From Lingula anatina (Eukaryota > Animalia > Brachiopoda), in the NCBI GenBank assembly GCA_051362555.1, contig CM120640.1, positions 57,824,788 through 57,888,787 of the forward strand: a DNA stretch of 64,000 bases, written 5' to 3'. The notes under the pieces were generated by a model, which saw nothing but the letters and a program-made list of their open reading frames with translations, had not been told where the DNA came from and did not search any database. Each line of letters begins with the position of its first letter. The stretch's first letter is position 1. Position numbers and translations under genes: made by a program. Below are positions 1 through 13,400 of this stretch, piece after piece.

Positions 1-238
1 CCTCTTTACCTAACAAAGCCCCTCAGTAAATTTACAGTAAAACAAAAATACCGTTGGGAAATTATTAGACGAATATCAACAAAATTGTGCAAAAAAACAG
101 AATAATTACCAAACAAAGCCCCTCAGTAAATTTAATGTAAATCAAAAATATGGTTTGGCAGTTATGGGATGAAAGTCGTGTTGGACAGCGACAGACCAAT
201 CAAAATATATACAGACACTCATAGTGTCTGTATATAAA
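1..238 (-). mobile_element. End fragment of a HINE (non-autonomous Helentron-type) element, continuing off the window
   Basis: Tandem units of about 100 bp (AACAAAGCCCCTCAGTAAATTT at 12 and 112), a short GACAG repeat, then the hairpin ATATACAGACAC-tcata-GTGTCTGTATAT followed by an A run. This is the same terminal signature as at 30076-30106. Confidence 0.6.
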
Positions 239-351
239 AACTGTTTGGTTCTTTTTACCAATTGTGTTACAATGAACAAATCTTAAGAATTATTAATTAA
301 TAATATATCAACTTCAAAGAAAAGAAATACACAATTATCAAATGTTCCAAC

Positions 352-3300
352 CTGTAACTCCATGATACAGGACACCCCTACTATGGTGTCATGGATGAAC
401 TCTGTAAATGACTTAGTCCAATGGCCATCTGCTGTATTCTAGCAAAAAAAAAAAAAAAAATGCTCAGAGACATCTCAATATTCAGATTAAATAAAAACAA
501 GTTTTATAATTTTTTTCAGTCTGTTAATGTTTGAGATTTAAGGGAATTGTAACCCTTTATCATCATCCAGATACCAAAAATGAGTTTTTTCCTGCATCTA
601 ATTATTCAATAATGCATTTATCTTTGTGTTGATTTAAAACAATAACCCCCCCTCAAAAATATAAACATCAGTGTTTATATTTCTTGTTGCAATGTATAAG
701 CATAGGCAACTCAAAGCTTTTATCATCAATTTAATACCTTTCTATTTCGAAGTGAGATAGCAATCGGTATGGGGTAACTTCATCCTTGAACAAGATTTTA
801 TCACGAAAATTGGCAGGGTTGACCACAAGTGTATGAACTACAATCCTGTGCCATCTTGGTTTATATGTTTTTGTTATGGAGTTATGAGCCCCTTATTGCA
901 GATTTTCATTAACAAAGGCATTATTTTGGTTTATTGATGATAAAATCTGAACCAAGACTTCTAAAAAAAACACTGGCAGGGTTTTGAGTACTAAATGGTA
1001 TCATTAAATCCGCATTGAAATGGTGATCGTAAGTGCTCAGGTAAAGGAGAAATTTGAAAAACCAATTTTTCAGTTTTTACCCTAAAATTGCAATTATGAT
1101 GTCATCCCTAAAATGACATAATTATGACATTGTGTAAATGTTAATTAACTTAGTCACTGAACACTGAAGAATTATCTATTACCCAAAAGAATGTATATAA
1201 GGCAGTAAATAAGTAGTTTTGGGTGTGGGGTGACAACAATATCTTGAAATGGGTGTGATCCAATAAACGAAATATATAATAAGAGTTGGACAATTTTTCT
1301 TACTGGTTTGATCCCAAATAAAATGCACTCCAGGCACTGCTGAGGAATCTGAGTCAAAATGACATCACTCCTTAAATTTTCAGGCAATACATACTCATTG
1401 TTGCCAAAGTCGATGTAGTGGACCTAAAAGGAAAATATTGTATACGGTAATATGCCAAACAATTCGACCAAGATTAATTAATTAATTTCATGGAAATGTC
1501 AGTTTGGTCGAATTGATTAAAATACAGCAAATGGAAACCTTTGATATCGTCGGATTGTTAGGGGCATCTGCCAAAACGTCCATCTTTCCAGAAGTATTGC
1601 ATTTTACCGGAAGTGTTACGCAAGATAAGCCGCAATTTTCGCCTAACACGTGTTTCAGGCATTTTTTATCCTCCTTCTGAAATCTTATTTTGCTGTGTAC
1701 AATATGTACTAACATTACTTAACATTACAAAAGACGACAATTATAATTTCTAATTATATATTTCCCTCACATACGATCATTTCCATGATGCGCTTCACGT
1801 ACAAGTGGGACGAGTATTTCCCCGGAGACAGGTGTTGTAAACAAAGGCCAGTCACTTATATTTGAAACCGGTAGCTTTAGTGGACTTAAACTAGTTATTT
1901 GAATTTTAATATGACAACTGAAATCAACCGAATTGAATTTTTTTACCAGTCTGAGATCAGTTGTTTTCAACCCGGCTTGCTCAGCGTCGAGGCGTAGACG
2001 TACGTACTTCCAAAGAGAATTCAATCAACTGTATCAAAGAATACCAACTGGTACTCAAACGGAAATCAGTGTCACTTCAAATTACTTTTCAGTATTTTAT
2101 TTAAAAGCATGTCATATTAAAACATATTGAGAAAAGGCAAAATACGGAGCCTACCTGTGCCGATAGACATACAGTATCTTGCTGGCACTCTTCCGATTTT
2201 CTTACTTATATACTCTCGCTGTGCACAAACCGCGGTGCATATTGAAAACCCCACTGATACAACCCAAACGTAAAAAAATCATTTAATTGCCATAATTTCA
2301 AAAAACAGGTGCATTTATAATTTGACGTGAGAATTGAGCACATGCAGAAATAAGGGACTGGTCTTAACTGGTCTGCTCCAGAATAGCGCAAACCACATGT
2401 TAATGAAGACGGTCCCAATTTGGGAGAGGGGGGGTCACAGGAATGGGGTTCTTCGTGGTTTACGCTAAATATTATCAACATTTCATGCATCTGGGGAAAT
2501 AGAAAGTGACTCACAGGTAACGTAAATACCCAGTGGAACTCTCTATGAAGCTTCCATGGAGTTAAGGAAGACGTCATTTTTATTGTTGACATGTAGGTGA
2601 ACAGCTACACGTGCTCGTCAGATTTTGACAGCGCGTGGTATTTGGCGCCAAGAAGTCTGGGTCGATCTGATCTTTCGGTCGATTGTAGTAAATGTAAGAT
2701 CTTGCGGTGTTGACTTCAAGAACGTTTCCCCATCTGAATATATATTCCAATCGAACTTGAAAATAAATTGCTTATTCCTCCCAAACTTTTTATTGCTAGC
2801 AAACGCTATATATGGTCTATATGAAGGTGTTTACGACGTATTCTACCCACTGTCGATATTTGGTTTCATCCATAATAGACCTTTTTTTTAACCCCCCCCC
2901 CCCCCTCCCCAGTTACGGGCGTGATGAATCAGTCAGCGAGGGCAAGTCTGCTTAATTAGCACAATTTGTATGTCTATAAGCACTATTATTGTCATCGGGG
3001 ACAAAGGAAATGACAGGTACGTCATGTTTCCAGATTAGATCTTCAATTAATTGTTTCTTCCTCATTGACGAGAGCTTTTGAAAGGACAACAATTGACAAA
3101 GGGCCGAGGCACGCAGCATTTATTTCACTGGCTTGAAAATTTACCGAGTCTTGCCGACGACGTGGTCGAACAATCGGAACAAGAAAAAAATTCTGTCGCA
3201 TGATTTTGACGTATGGACTAAATGTTTGAGCCTAGAAAAATTAATTTTATAAAATAATTTTTGTGGTCGGATTGACTGGGCCCGTCGAAATGCTTGGCTC

Positions 3301-5856
3301 ATTACCGTAACCATCATTTTCTGTAACAGTCACTGTGGCAGTAACAAAGAATAAATTGTACATTTGCTGCAATATAAGCCATATGTTGTCAGCTCCATTA
3401 ATAAGATTAACAGGCTAAATTAGATTGGTGCTGTCTATATGTTAAGTTTCTATTTTTGTTTCTGCAATCATTATTTTATAGACAATCACTAATGATGAAA
3501 ACATTAACACCTACAGTTCTTTGCACTGATATTCCACTATATTTTGGAAGATTCCAAACAAACCAACTACTCCAATATAAGGAGCAGCTTTTGTACCCCC
3601 CAATGGTCAACACACTCACCAATATTCCCTGCTCATTTATCTCCAGTACCCTCCCTCTGTACCAGTGCATATCCTGGCTGAACCTGGCCACACAGGCTTG
3701 ATCAACTGCCCACTGGACATTCAAGTCTGGCTCAGTGTTCTGGTAATGGTGTTGTAAGACATCCATCAGTTGTGCCAAGGTGCTGTCATCTAAAACAACA
3801 AATAAATATTTTTTTAATATATATATATATATTGCATTTTTTGAAGGAGCAAAGGTTTGTATATTCTGTTTTCCAAAAGAGGCCTTGTACATGAAGTTAC
3901 ACAGCTATAGCCTACGCCATTTTATTCCACTGGTAAAAAAATGCAAGAGTGCTCCAGTATCTGAAATGTTACGGTAATGTGCCAAGCATTTCGACGGGCC
4001 CAGTCAATCCGACCAAAAAAATTATATTATAAAATTAATTTTTCAGGGCTCAAACATTTAGTCCATACGTCTAAATCATGCGACAGAATTTTTTTCTTGT
4101 TCCGATTGTTCGACCACATCGTCGGCAAGACTCGGTAAATTTTCAAGCCAGTGAAATAGATGCTGCATGTCTCGGCCCTTTGTCAATTGTTGTCCTATCA
4201 ATAGCTTTTGTCAACGAGGAAGAAACAATTAACTGAAGATCTAATCTGCAAGCGAGACGTACCTGTCATTTCCTTTGTCCCCAATGACTATAATAGAACT
4301 TATAGACATACAATTTGTGCTAATTTAGCAGACTTGCCCTCGCTGACTGATTCGTCACGCCCGTAACTGAGGGGGGGGGGGGGGGGTCTGTTCTGGATGA
4401 AACCAAATGTCGACAGTGGGTGGGATATGTAGTAAACTTCTTCATATAGACCATACATAGAGTATGCTAGCAATAACAATTTTGGGAAGAATAAGGAATT
4501 GGTTTTCAAGTTTGATTGAAATATATATGCAGGGGAAACGTTCTTGAAGTCAATGCTGCGAGATCCTACATTTACTACAGTTGACTGAAAGATCGGTGAG
4601 ATCGACCGCCTAGACTTCTTGGCGCCAAATACCACGCGCTGTCAAAATCTGACGAACGCGTGTAGCTATTCACCGACATGGATAACCGTTTAGTCAACAA
4701 TAAAAATGACGTCTTCCTTGTTAGAAAAAAACAGTAACTTATATGGCGGTGAAAAGCGGAGCTTCACAGAGAGTTCCACTGGGTTTTTACGTTACTTGTG
4801 AGTCATTTTTTATTTCCCCAGATGCATGAAACGTTGATATCATTTAGCGCAATCCGTGAAGAACTCAATTCCTGTGACCCCCCTCCCCCACAATGGGACC
4901 GTCTTCATTAACATGTGGTTTGCGCTAGGTATGCTGGAGAGACCAGATACAGTCTCTCATTTCTGCGTTTACTCAATTCTCACGTCAAATTATAAATGCT
5001 TGTTTTGTGTAAATTATGGTAATTAAATGCTTAATTTACGTTTGGGTTGTATCAGTGGGGTTTTCAATATGCACCGTGGCTTGTGCACAGCGAGTGTAGG
5101 CCTATATATGTAAGAAAATCGGAAGAGTGCCAACAAGATATGTCTATCGGCACAGGTAGGCTCCGTAGATTGCCTTTTCTGAATATGTTTTAATATGACA
5201 TGATTTTTAAATTAAATACTGAAAAGTAATTTAAAGTAACACAGAATTCCGTTTGAGTATCACTTGGTATTCTTTGATAGGGGTGATTGAATTTTCTTCG
5301 GAAATGCGTACGTTTACGCCGAGCAAGCCTTGCGAGTTGAAAACAACTGATCTCAGACTGGTAAAAAATATATCTCAATTTGGTTGATTTCAGTCGACGT
5401 ATTAAAATTCAAATAGGGCGTATGTAGATCACATAACTGGTTTAAGTCCACTAAAGCTACCGGTTTCAAATATAAGTGACCGGGCACTGTTTACAACACC
5501 TGTCTCCGGGGGAAAAAGCGTCCCACTTGTGAAGCGCGTCATGAAAGTGATCGTCGGTGAGGGAAATAAATAGTTATGTTAGCACATATTGTACACAGCA
5601 AAATAAAATTCCTCAAGGAGGATAAAACGTGCTTGAAACACGTGTTAGGTGAAAATTGCGGCTTATCTTGCGTTACACTTCCGGTAAAATGCAATACTTC
5701 CGGTAAGATGGACGTTTTGGCAGATGCCCCTAACAATCCGACGATATCAAAGATTTCCATTGCTATATTTTAATCAATTCGACCAAACTGACATTTCCAT
5801 GAAATTAATTAATTAATCTTGGTCGAATTGTTTGGCATATTACCGTACTGCCTTTC

Positions 5857-5900
<44 letters not shown>

Positions 5901-7395
5901 CAATTTGATATCATGTACAAAAAAATTTTAATGAACTATATCATGTATCCATAATGTAGTGGCTATGTACATATGGGCATTTTTACAATCCTGGGCACTT
6001 TTCAGATTTTCCCACATATTGCTAATTAACAAATTACATACATATCATCAAATAATTCTTTTATCACTATGTTAGAGAATGGTGTAAGTGAAGATAAACA
6101 CTGAAAATAGAAACCAAATATCACCACTGAGTCCAAAGTTATGCTAAAGCAAAGCCTGAAAAATGACCAAAAAATTTTCCCGTTTTAGTCATATGAAATA
6201 AAAAGCAATCTGAAATAAATTAGAACAGTGTTTGACATGGCATTTTTTTGGATTATAAAACACTCAGTAGTATGGTGGAAGCAAAAAAGTTTAAATATTA
6301 ACAGGAGAGAGGTGTATCCTAGAAAAAAAAGTCTTTTAATGGCATGCTGGTATTTCCGTTAAACGAAATGTCCATTCCGAAACAAAAATAAATTACTTTC
6401 AGAAAACATGTCATAAAACATACAGTATAATTAACCATCCTAATCATTATTTGGATGTATTGGTATTGTTTGTATCAAATAATGAAATCTGCGCGATGAT
6501 TCTGGAGCTTGACATGGAGTGCAAAATAACCCTACCGTGTTTTTCCGTTAAATTTGTCCATTCCGAAACATTGGGTTTCTCTTACATAAAAAGAACATGT
6601 TGACACCTAGCCTGTAACAATATATATTTCTCTAAAGCCCAGGGCATGTGACATTTATTTTTATATAAGAAAACCCCAGTGCGCAGAAACCCATTTAACT
6701 GTGGCCTTTTTTGAGATGCTTGTTAAAAATTGTCCATTCCGAAACAAAGTACCTTTACATTGCCAATGTTATAAATAGGGAGAATTTTGTCTTTAATGAT
6801 GTATGTTTCACTTGACATGAGCAAATTACTGTTAGAGCATCATGCATATGACATAAAAATAATAGAAAAACATTTCTTCAATGGCATCTTTTAAAATTTC
6901 TATATATATCTTCAACAAAAAAAAATCATTTTTGCGAGTCAGCATCTTTTCTTTGGATCTACTAGAACTTCCATTGCATATTTTCCCAAAGTTCATGTAT
7001 TTCAAAGTTAAATTAACAATTAATTGAAAAGATTATATCAGTATAAATAGAAATATAGGCAATTTGGATGCTTTGTATTGGAAAGGACATTTTTTAACAC
7101 ATTGTCTAAAACACTTGTTTACTCTTTGGTCTGCTCATCTATTTATTATTCATGAGGAAGAGGATGATGAGAAGCACATCAAATTTATGTAGAATATAAT
7201 TTTGAATAATATAGCTTACTTGAAATATTGCTTACTTATGATGTACATAAAAGTATTTGAAAATAGTTATGAGGCTACACATATTAAAGTTGCGAGAGTC
7301 AGTTCACTGGCACGGTTTACAGAGGCACTTGCAGGCAGACACAGGTTATAATTAACTTCCTGTGATTATTTATAATATATACATACATTATGATA

Positions 7396-7487
<92 letters not shown>

Positions 7488-10400
7488 ATTTAAGCAATTT
7501 CGTAAATGTTAAATAAATGTCCATTCTGAAACACAGGACATGCCTAAAAGGACATATTTAAAAATGTAATTACTAAATTTAAACCTGACCTTGTCAAATA
7601 ATATTTTATACAGCTATAAGCTGTAACAAAAGGAAGTAGAATAGGGTATAATGGAGTGTAGAAGACTCTGTTTTATGTCATGATCAAATACTAATGGAGT
7701 AACATTTCAAAAAAGAATCAAAAACTATCCAAAATGACCAATTAATGTAATAAAAACAGTTCAGTTTTAATCTAGTTAACTCATATTTTGTCCAATGATT
7801 GCTGTACCTTATAAACCAACATACTATGAGATCTTAAGGCAATTTCATAAATGTTAAATTAATGTCCATTCCGAAACAAGGACATGTCTAAAAGGACATA
7901 TTTTTAAACATGTCTTTACTGTTGGTAAATCTGACATTGTCAAATTATATTTTATACAGCTATGAACTGTAACAAAAGAAACTGGAATAAGGTGTAATGG
8001 CGTAAAGAATTCCTGGAATATATCTCAGAATCAATATTTAATAAAATAAAATTCCAGTACCGAATTACTAGTACAGAATAGACAAAACAAGCACAAAATG
8101 TAATAAAAAGAATTCAATTTTAGTTCAGCTTCCACCTATTTTGCCCAGTTATTCATAGACTTATAAACTCAAATACTACAATAGACTTATAAACTCAAAT
8201 ACTTCAATAAAATAAAACAATATCATAAATGTTAAAAAAATGTCCTTTCCGAAACAGGGATGTTTCGGAAAGGACATTTATTTTAACATGACACTGCAAT
8301 TAGCACACATGTCCCTGCAAAATAATATTTTACACAATCATGAAGCATAACATAAAGAACTAATGCAAGGTAAAGTGAAGTACAGAATTCCTCAGAATAT
8401 CTCAGAATAAAAAACTTCATGGAGTCGCATTTAATACTGAAACAGGAAAATTACAAAATATCATTGATTCGTCAAATTTTGGATATTTTCTACCATTTTT
8501 TTTGCAAATATTTAAAAGAGCAATACTCTCTGAGTAAAACTAAGTGGTTTTTTGGAGATCAATGCCTTAAATTATCATAAAAGTCACACACTTCAAGGTT
8601 TAGCTTATGAAAATTAAAAAAATGATTTTCAAAATTCAAATAATCATATCTTTATACATACACAAGGTTTTATCTCGGGATTGTCATTTCTTATACCCTT
8701 CAGGTCTATACTTTCAAGAAAAGTACAAATATCAACACAATAATGACTTCTATTTTTGACCCTTGGTGGGAAAAAAAGGAGCCCAGGATTGTAAAAATGC
8801 CCATATCAATTCCAAAGTATTCAGTGGGATATGCTATTAAACAAGCTAGTTAAAACTTAAATTTAAAGAGATGACCTATTTTAGTTTAAATATCAAGAAA
8901 AAGTCTAGTGCATTGACTAAATGCGCACCAGCCCTATCATTAAACAGCTGCCTGCATATGACATTAAGAAGGAAAAGAAATGGATTGTCATACACACAAA
9001 AAATTTTGGAAGAGACCAAAATTATTACATATGTAATTTATCATTATCATAAGAAATTAAGGGAATGATATCATCTTGCACATTTCCAAATTTGCCCCTC
9101 ATTTTAAGTTATAGGTAACAGCAGGTTTAACCTAAAACAGACCTAGTGTATGGATTATAAAGTGTCAACAAGAACAAAACCATTGAAAAAGTAATCAAAA
9201 ATAAATATGGTATGATCTTATCATGCCCAGTTTCAAACCTGACTGCAGTTACAAATCTGGCTGCTGTGCCAAGACTATGCGGGTAATGTCTGTACATAAA
9301 AAACATCACAAATGACAAAAAAGTACCATCTATGTAGGAAAGCAGTTTATTAACACAAGAAGATAAGAATCAAATTGTAAGACAACTAGAAATACCTGTC
9401 AGTAAACAAAAACACAATACCTATGTACGATAGCAAGCTAGTAAAAGCATGTAGATATTAAACTCTGGGAGGAGTTTAAATTCAGAAGTACTGTCAGAGA
9501 TTTTACTTACCAAAAGAAGTGACATCTTGTCTATCAGCATGTTGCTGCATTTCACATATTCTCATCTGCCTCCATGCAGCGTAGTCAGGGTTGGGTACAC
9601 AGAGAGAACTGGGAATGGCAAGATCATAGTGACCATTATCCACCCTGCCGTCTGAGAGAAAGATCAGCTCCACAACATCTGCAGAGCCAGCACCATAGGT
9701 CCTAGTCAAAACTGGGGTGTGCAAGCCATTCATATATAGCACAGTTTGAATGTCATATATGTAGCAGACCACCTGGATTTCTACCTCGCCACCATATGAT
9801 CCTGGCTTGGCTAAGTTTTGTATATATTTCATTTTGTCATCTTCATAAATGATATCCTTGAAAACATCCCACTGCTCCTGCAAAGCCTGGATCACTGCAC
9901 TTCGCACAATAAGATGTTGGTTCTGATCCTGAAATATTCCCTGGGCAAAGGCTCGAAATAAGCAGTTACCATCTGCAATGATTTTATACCTTTTCATACC
10001 TATACTCTGTAAATATTTGTCTTGTACTTTCACTTCCAATGTTGACTCCTGTAGGATATAACCAAGTCTCCCTTCTGGGTCCTCATCTAAAGCAAAAGTA
10101 GAAAACACTTTAAAACTTTGATATGGGTAAAGTCTGCTGGCTACTCCTTTCCAAGTATTATTTTCTGTTTTCAAACTTAAAGGGATAATAACTCTTCGTA
10201 TGAAATCTGTATTTCACAATAAAAACATTGTGAGTGACTCATAAAAATATAATATATTCTGTTTTCCCACAAAAACGGCTGTTATAGCTATTATTCTGAT
10301 ATCTGAGCTTGTCTTTAGACCACGTGACCTCCATTGATGGCTATACTATGTTAAAATCTCTTAAGAGATTTTAACAAAAAACCAAACTTTTTAGAAAAAA

Positions 10401-13400
10401 ACCAGGGACTAACTTTGAATGTAAAAATGGATTCATTAACCATTGGTAAGTATGGGAAAATTGTTGTTTACTCCAGGAAAATTCATTTTTTGGCCAAAAC
10501 GAAGAGTTATTATCACTTTAACTACATTTTTTGTGGAGACCAACCATGACAGACCTACTGCAGCAGTGCTCCTTTCTCTGTGAACTCAATGGAAAAGATC
10601 AGCAGACAAACACCTTGTTGGAGCAGACCTTAGAATTATTTAAGTTTGGCACTAAGCGATCACTTGATCCTTGGTATAAGTAAATGTGTCAACTCAGAAG
10701 TATCTATTTGGGGACAATCTATACCACTGATTCAAATTGTTTTTGATTTGTGCTTTTCTAAAGCATCTTTCTACTTCACAGAATCTGGACCACTATTTAC
10801 ATAAATATTATTTATTTACTCGTAATGTGTACCTGATTTATACTCCTGAGCATATATAACCCCATCTATACCAACATACGTGGGAATGACTGTCAAGGTG
10901 CCTGGGTACGGTGGCAATTCAAATGGTGGGAATTGTGTGGGTGGTTGGGCCAATTCTTCTCTTTTTTTTCTTTTTTTTAGTAACAAGCTGTTGGGTGGGA
11001 GTTCAATTGGAAGGTCCACAGGTGAAAGAGATTCTTCGGTGTTTGACTCTGTAGCCACAGGCTCATTAGCCATGGTCTCTGACAACAGTGGTTCTTCAGT
11101 TAATGCTTCTGAATGCTGATCTTTGGTTGGTGCCACAGTTACTTCTGCGGCTAATGCTTGTGTGGGCAGGATGTCTGATTTGGTTGCATCAGAAAATGTA
11201 TTAGACTGTACAATTAATTGCCCCTGTTCTGAAGTTGCTATCCTTTCATTGTTTTCCTGTAATGATGCTGCTACTTGTGACCTGAAAACAGAACAATAAC
11301 AATATTAGGTGTAATGCATATTAATGTGCATGGATATGGCATTTCATTAATACTTTTCATGCAAATAGAATATGTAAAGTACAGCTATTTTTTTTCTCTC
11401 TCTCTCTTTAATGGCATTTGTTTATTTGCCTGACTGCTGTGTACCTCTTCCTGACTGGAATAGCTAAACCTTCTTCCACTAAAATTTTGCTGAAAGATCT
11501 GCATTCAGTTGTTGCTGGAGTCAAAGCATCTCCTTCCAGTGTTTCTATCATTATTAAGTCAATTGGCAGGGAACCATCAGTCAGTTCTCCCTGTGAAATA
11601 ATACAAAGAATGGTGATTTAAAAGTAACATCAAAGTCTGATATAAGGTCATTGTGCCTTGTGAATGCACTACTGTTGTAAAAACATATAATGTAGGGTTT
11701 TTTTAATAAATTGATATTTTTTAATAATTTCAATATTAAATGCTTTTAAAAACTTTTAAACAAAATGTATGCATTACAAAAACAAACCTTTCGTTTTTGT
11801 AATAAGTAATATGTCATAAACTTTTCATCCAAGTTAATGCTCTGACATATCAATTACAATTGCCAATCACAAATTTTAGGCTTATTTAGGTATAATGCAT
11901 CTGCAATTCCTCAAAATCATTCAATCATGCCTTAGTTAAGCCTTATAACACAGATATCACAATTCAGTATTCACCTTAGGTTCTATATTACACTCTGCAT
12001 CAGCAATGAGTTCTTTGAAATGCTCACATGCAGTCTTGGACCACCTTGTCCTATCCCCAGCAGCACAGATGTCTGTGAGGTGACAGCGAATGGCAAACAG
12101 ATTGTATTCTATGAATCTAGCCTCTAGGGGGCGCAACATCTCCATTTTAAGCTTTTCCTCAAAGCCAAAGTCAAGCATATGCACCTTCAGAAAATAAACA
12201 AGATAAGTAAATCTAGAGACAAGCAATGTTAAAGGCTACCAAAATCTAAACACTAGCATTCACATCATTCTGTTAAAATATCAAAAATAAGTACCTCTGT
12301 AAAGATACAAAAATGTTTTCTGTCACATTTCATATGCTGATGATTTTTAAACTATCACATACAACACAAGTAATATAAACAAAAATTTTATGTGCTGATG
12401 ATTTAACTATCACAAATAACAGAAGTAATATAAACATTTGTTCTTGCATTTTGTTACCTGGACAAAATCATTTGACAATATGCTCAGGACTTTGGCTCTG
12501 TACCAGCGGCCGTCAGTTGTACTCTTGGCAGCACAGACATCTTCTGGCTCTAATGTCAGCTGGACTGGTGAAGTTTTGGAAAATTGCTCATCTAACTCAT
12601 TCATCAACCTATCAGTAGTATACACATTTCATAAAATCAATGTTTGCCATTTAACAACACATCTTTTTAGTCTCATTTTATCAAGCTGAGTATCTCACCA
12701 GAAAAAAAATAATTTAAATAAAGATATTCATGGTGAATGCTTTTAGTAGGTACTCGTAAACTACATAACATAACAATGTGATCTACACTAATGCTGAGCC
12801 ACTCTCTGCATATTCAAACTATTGTTGCTTCTTAAATTCACTAATGACTACATTTCAAAATATCACTGAAATATATTGCACTTACTTGTTAAGATCAGTT
12901 TCCCCATCCACTGTTCTAACATATAACAGAGTTGGAGATTCAACATGGCTTACAATGATTGGGGTTCCAGGCACGTCTTTCAATTTCTTTGACTTCCTTA
13001 TTTTGACAGATTGTTCTTTGTTAGCAGTAGCAAATTTGCCAAGTTTCATTTTTTTCTCAGTGTTAATATCTCCAAACCAGTCACTATCTCTTTCTTTCTC
13101 TGGTATAGTAGAATGGCAAGGTTTTTTGTCTTTCTGAGATTCTGCTTGTCCTGCTGAAGCTACATTTACTTCTAGGTCAGTCACCCTACTGGTCACACTT
13201 GCTGGACTAGCTTGGACAACAGACTGAGGTCGATGCCAGCCTCCATGAATCTTTGCCATGTCCTCTTCAGACAACTCATCTGTTCTCAAATCACCCTGGG
13301 CAATCTGTGACACTACTGGATCACAAATACCAATTTTGACATCTTTGGCAATGTTTGCCACTTCCTGGTTTTCCAAACATATACCAGAATCCACCTGCAG

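Noticed and set aside
1488-5773. Pairs of near-identical short ORFs (1488-1715 / 5576-5773, 2625-2891 / 4300-4635, 1933-2130 / 5190-5378)
   Set aside because: They recur only because the DNA is duplicated (TE copies A and B). There is no recognisable domain or DDE motif, and the frames break between copies.
10522-10800. Possible N-terminal coding extension of the OTU ORF beyond the MITE
   Set aside because: After removing the MITE, the frame hits TAG immediately, and the frames I checked further upstream contain stops with no recognisable similarity.
10880-11119. Antisense ORFs overlapping real exons (also 12778-13137, 48844-49227, 53930-54331)
   Set aside because: Shadow frames of coding exons on the opposite strand, with no independent evidence.
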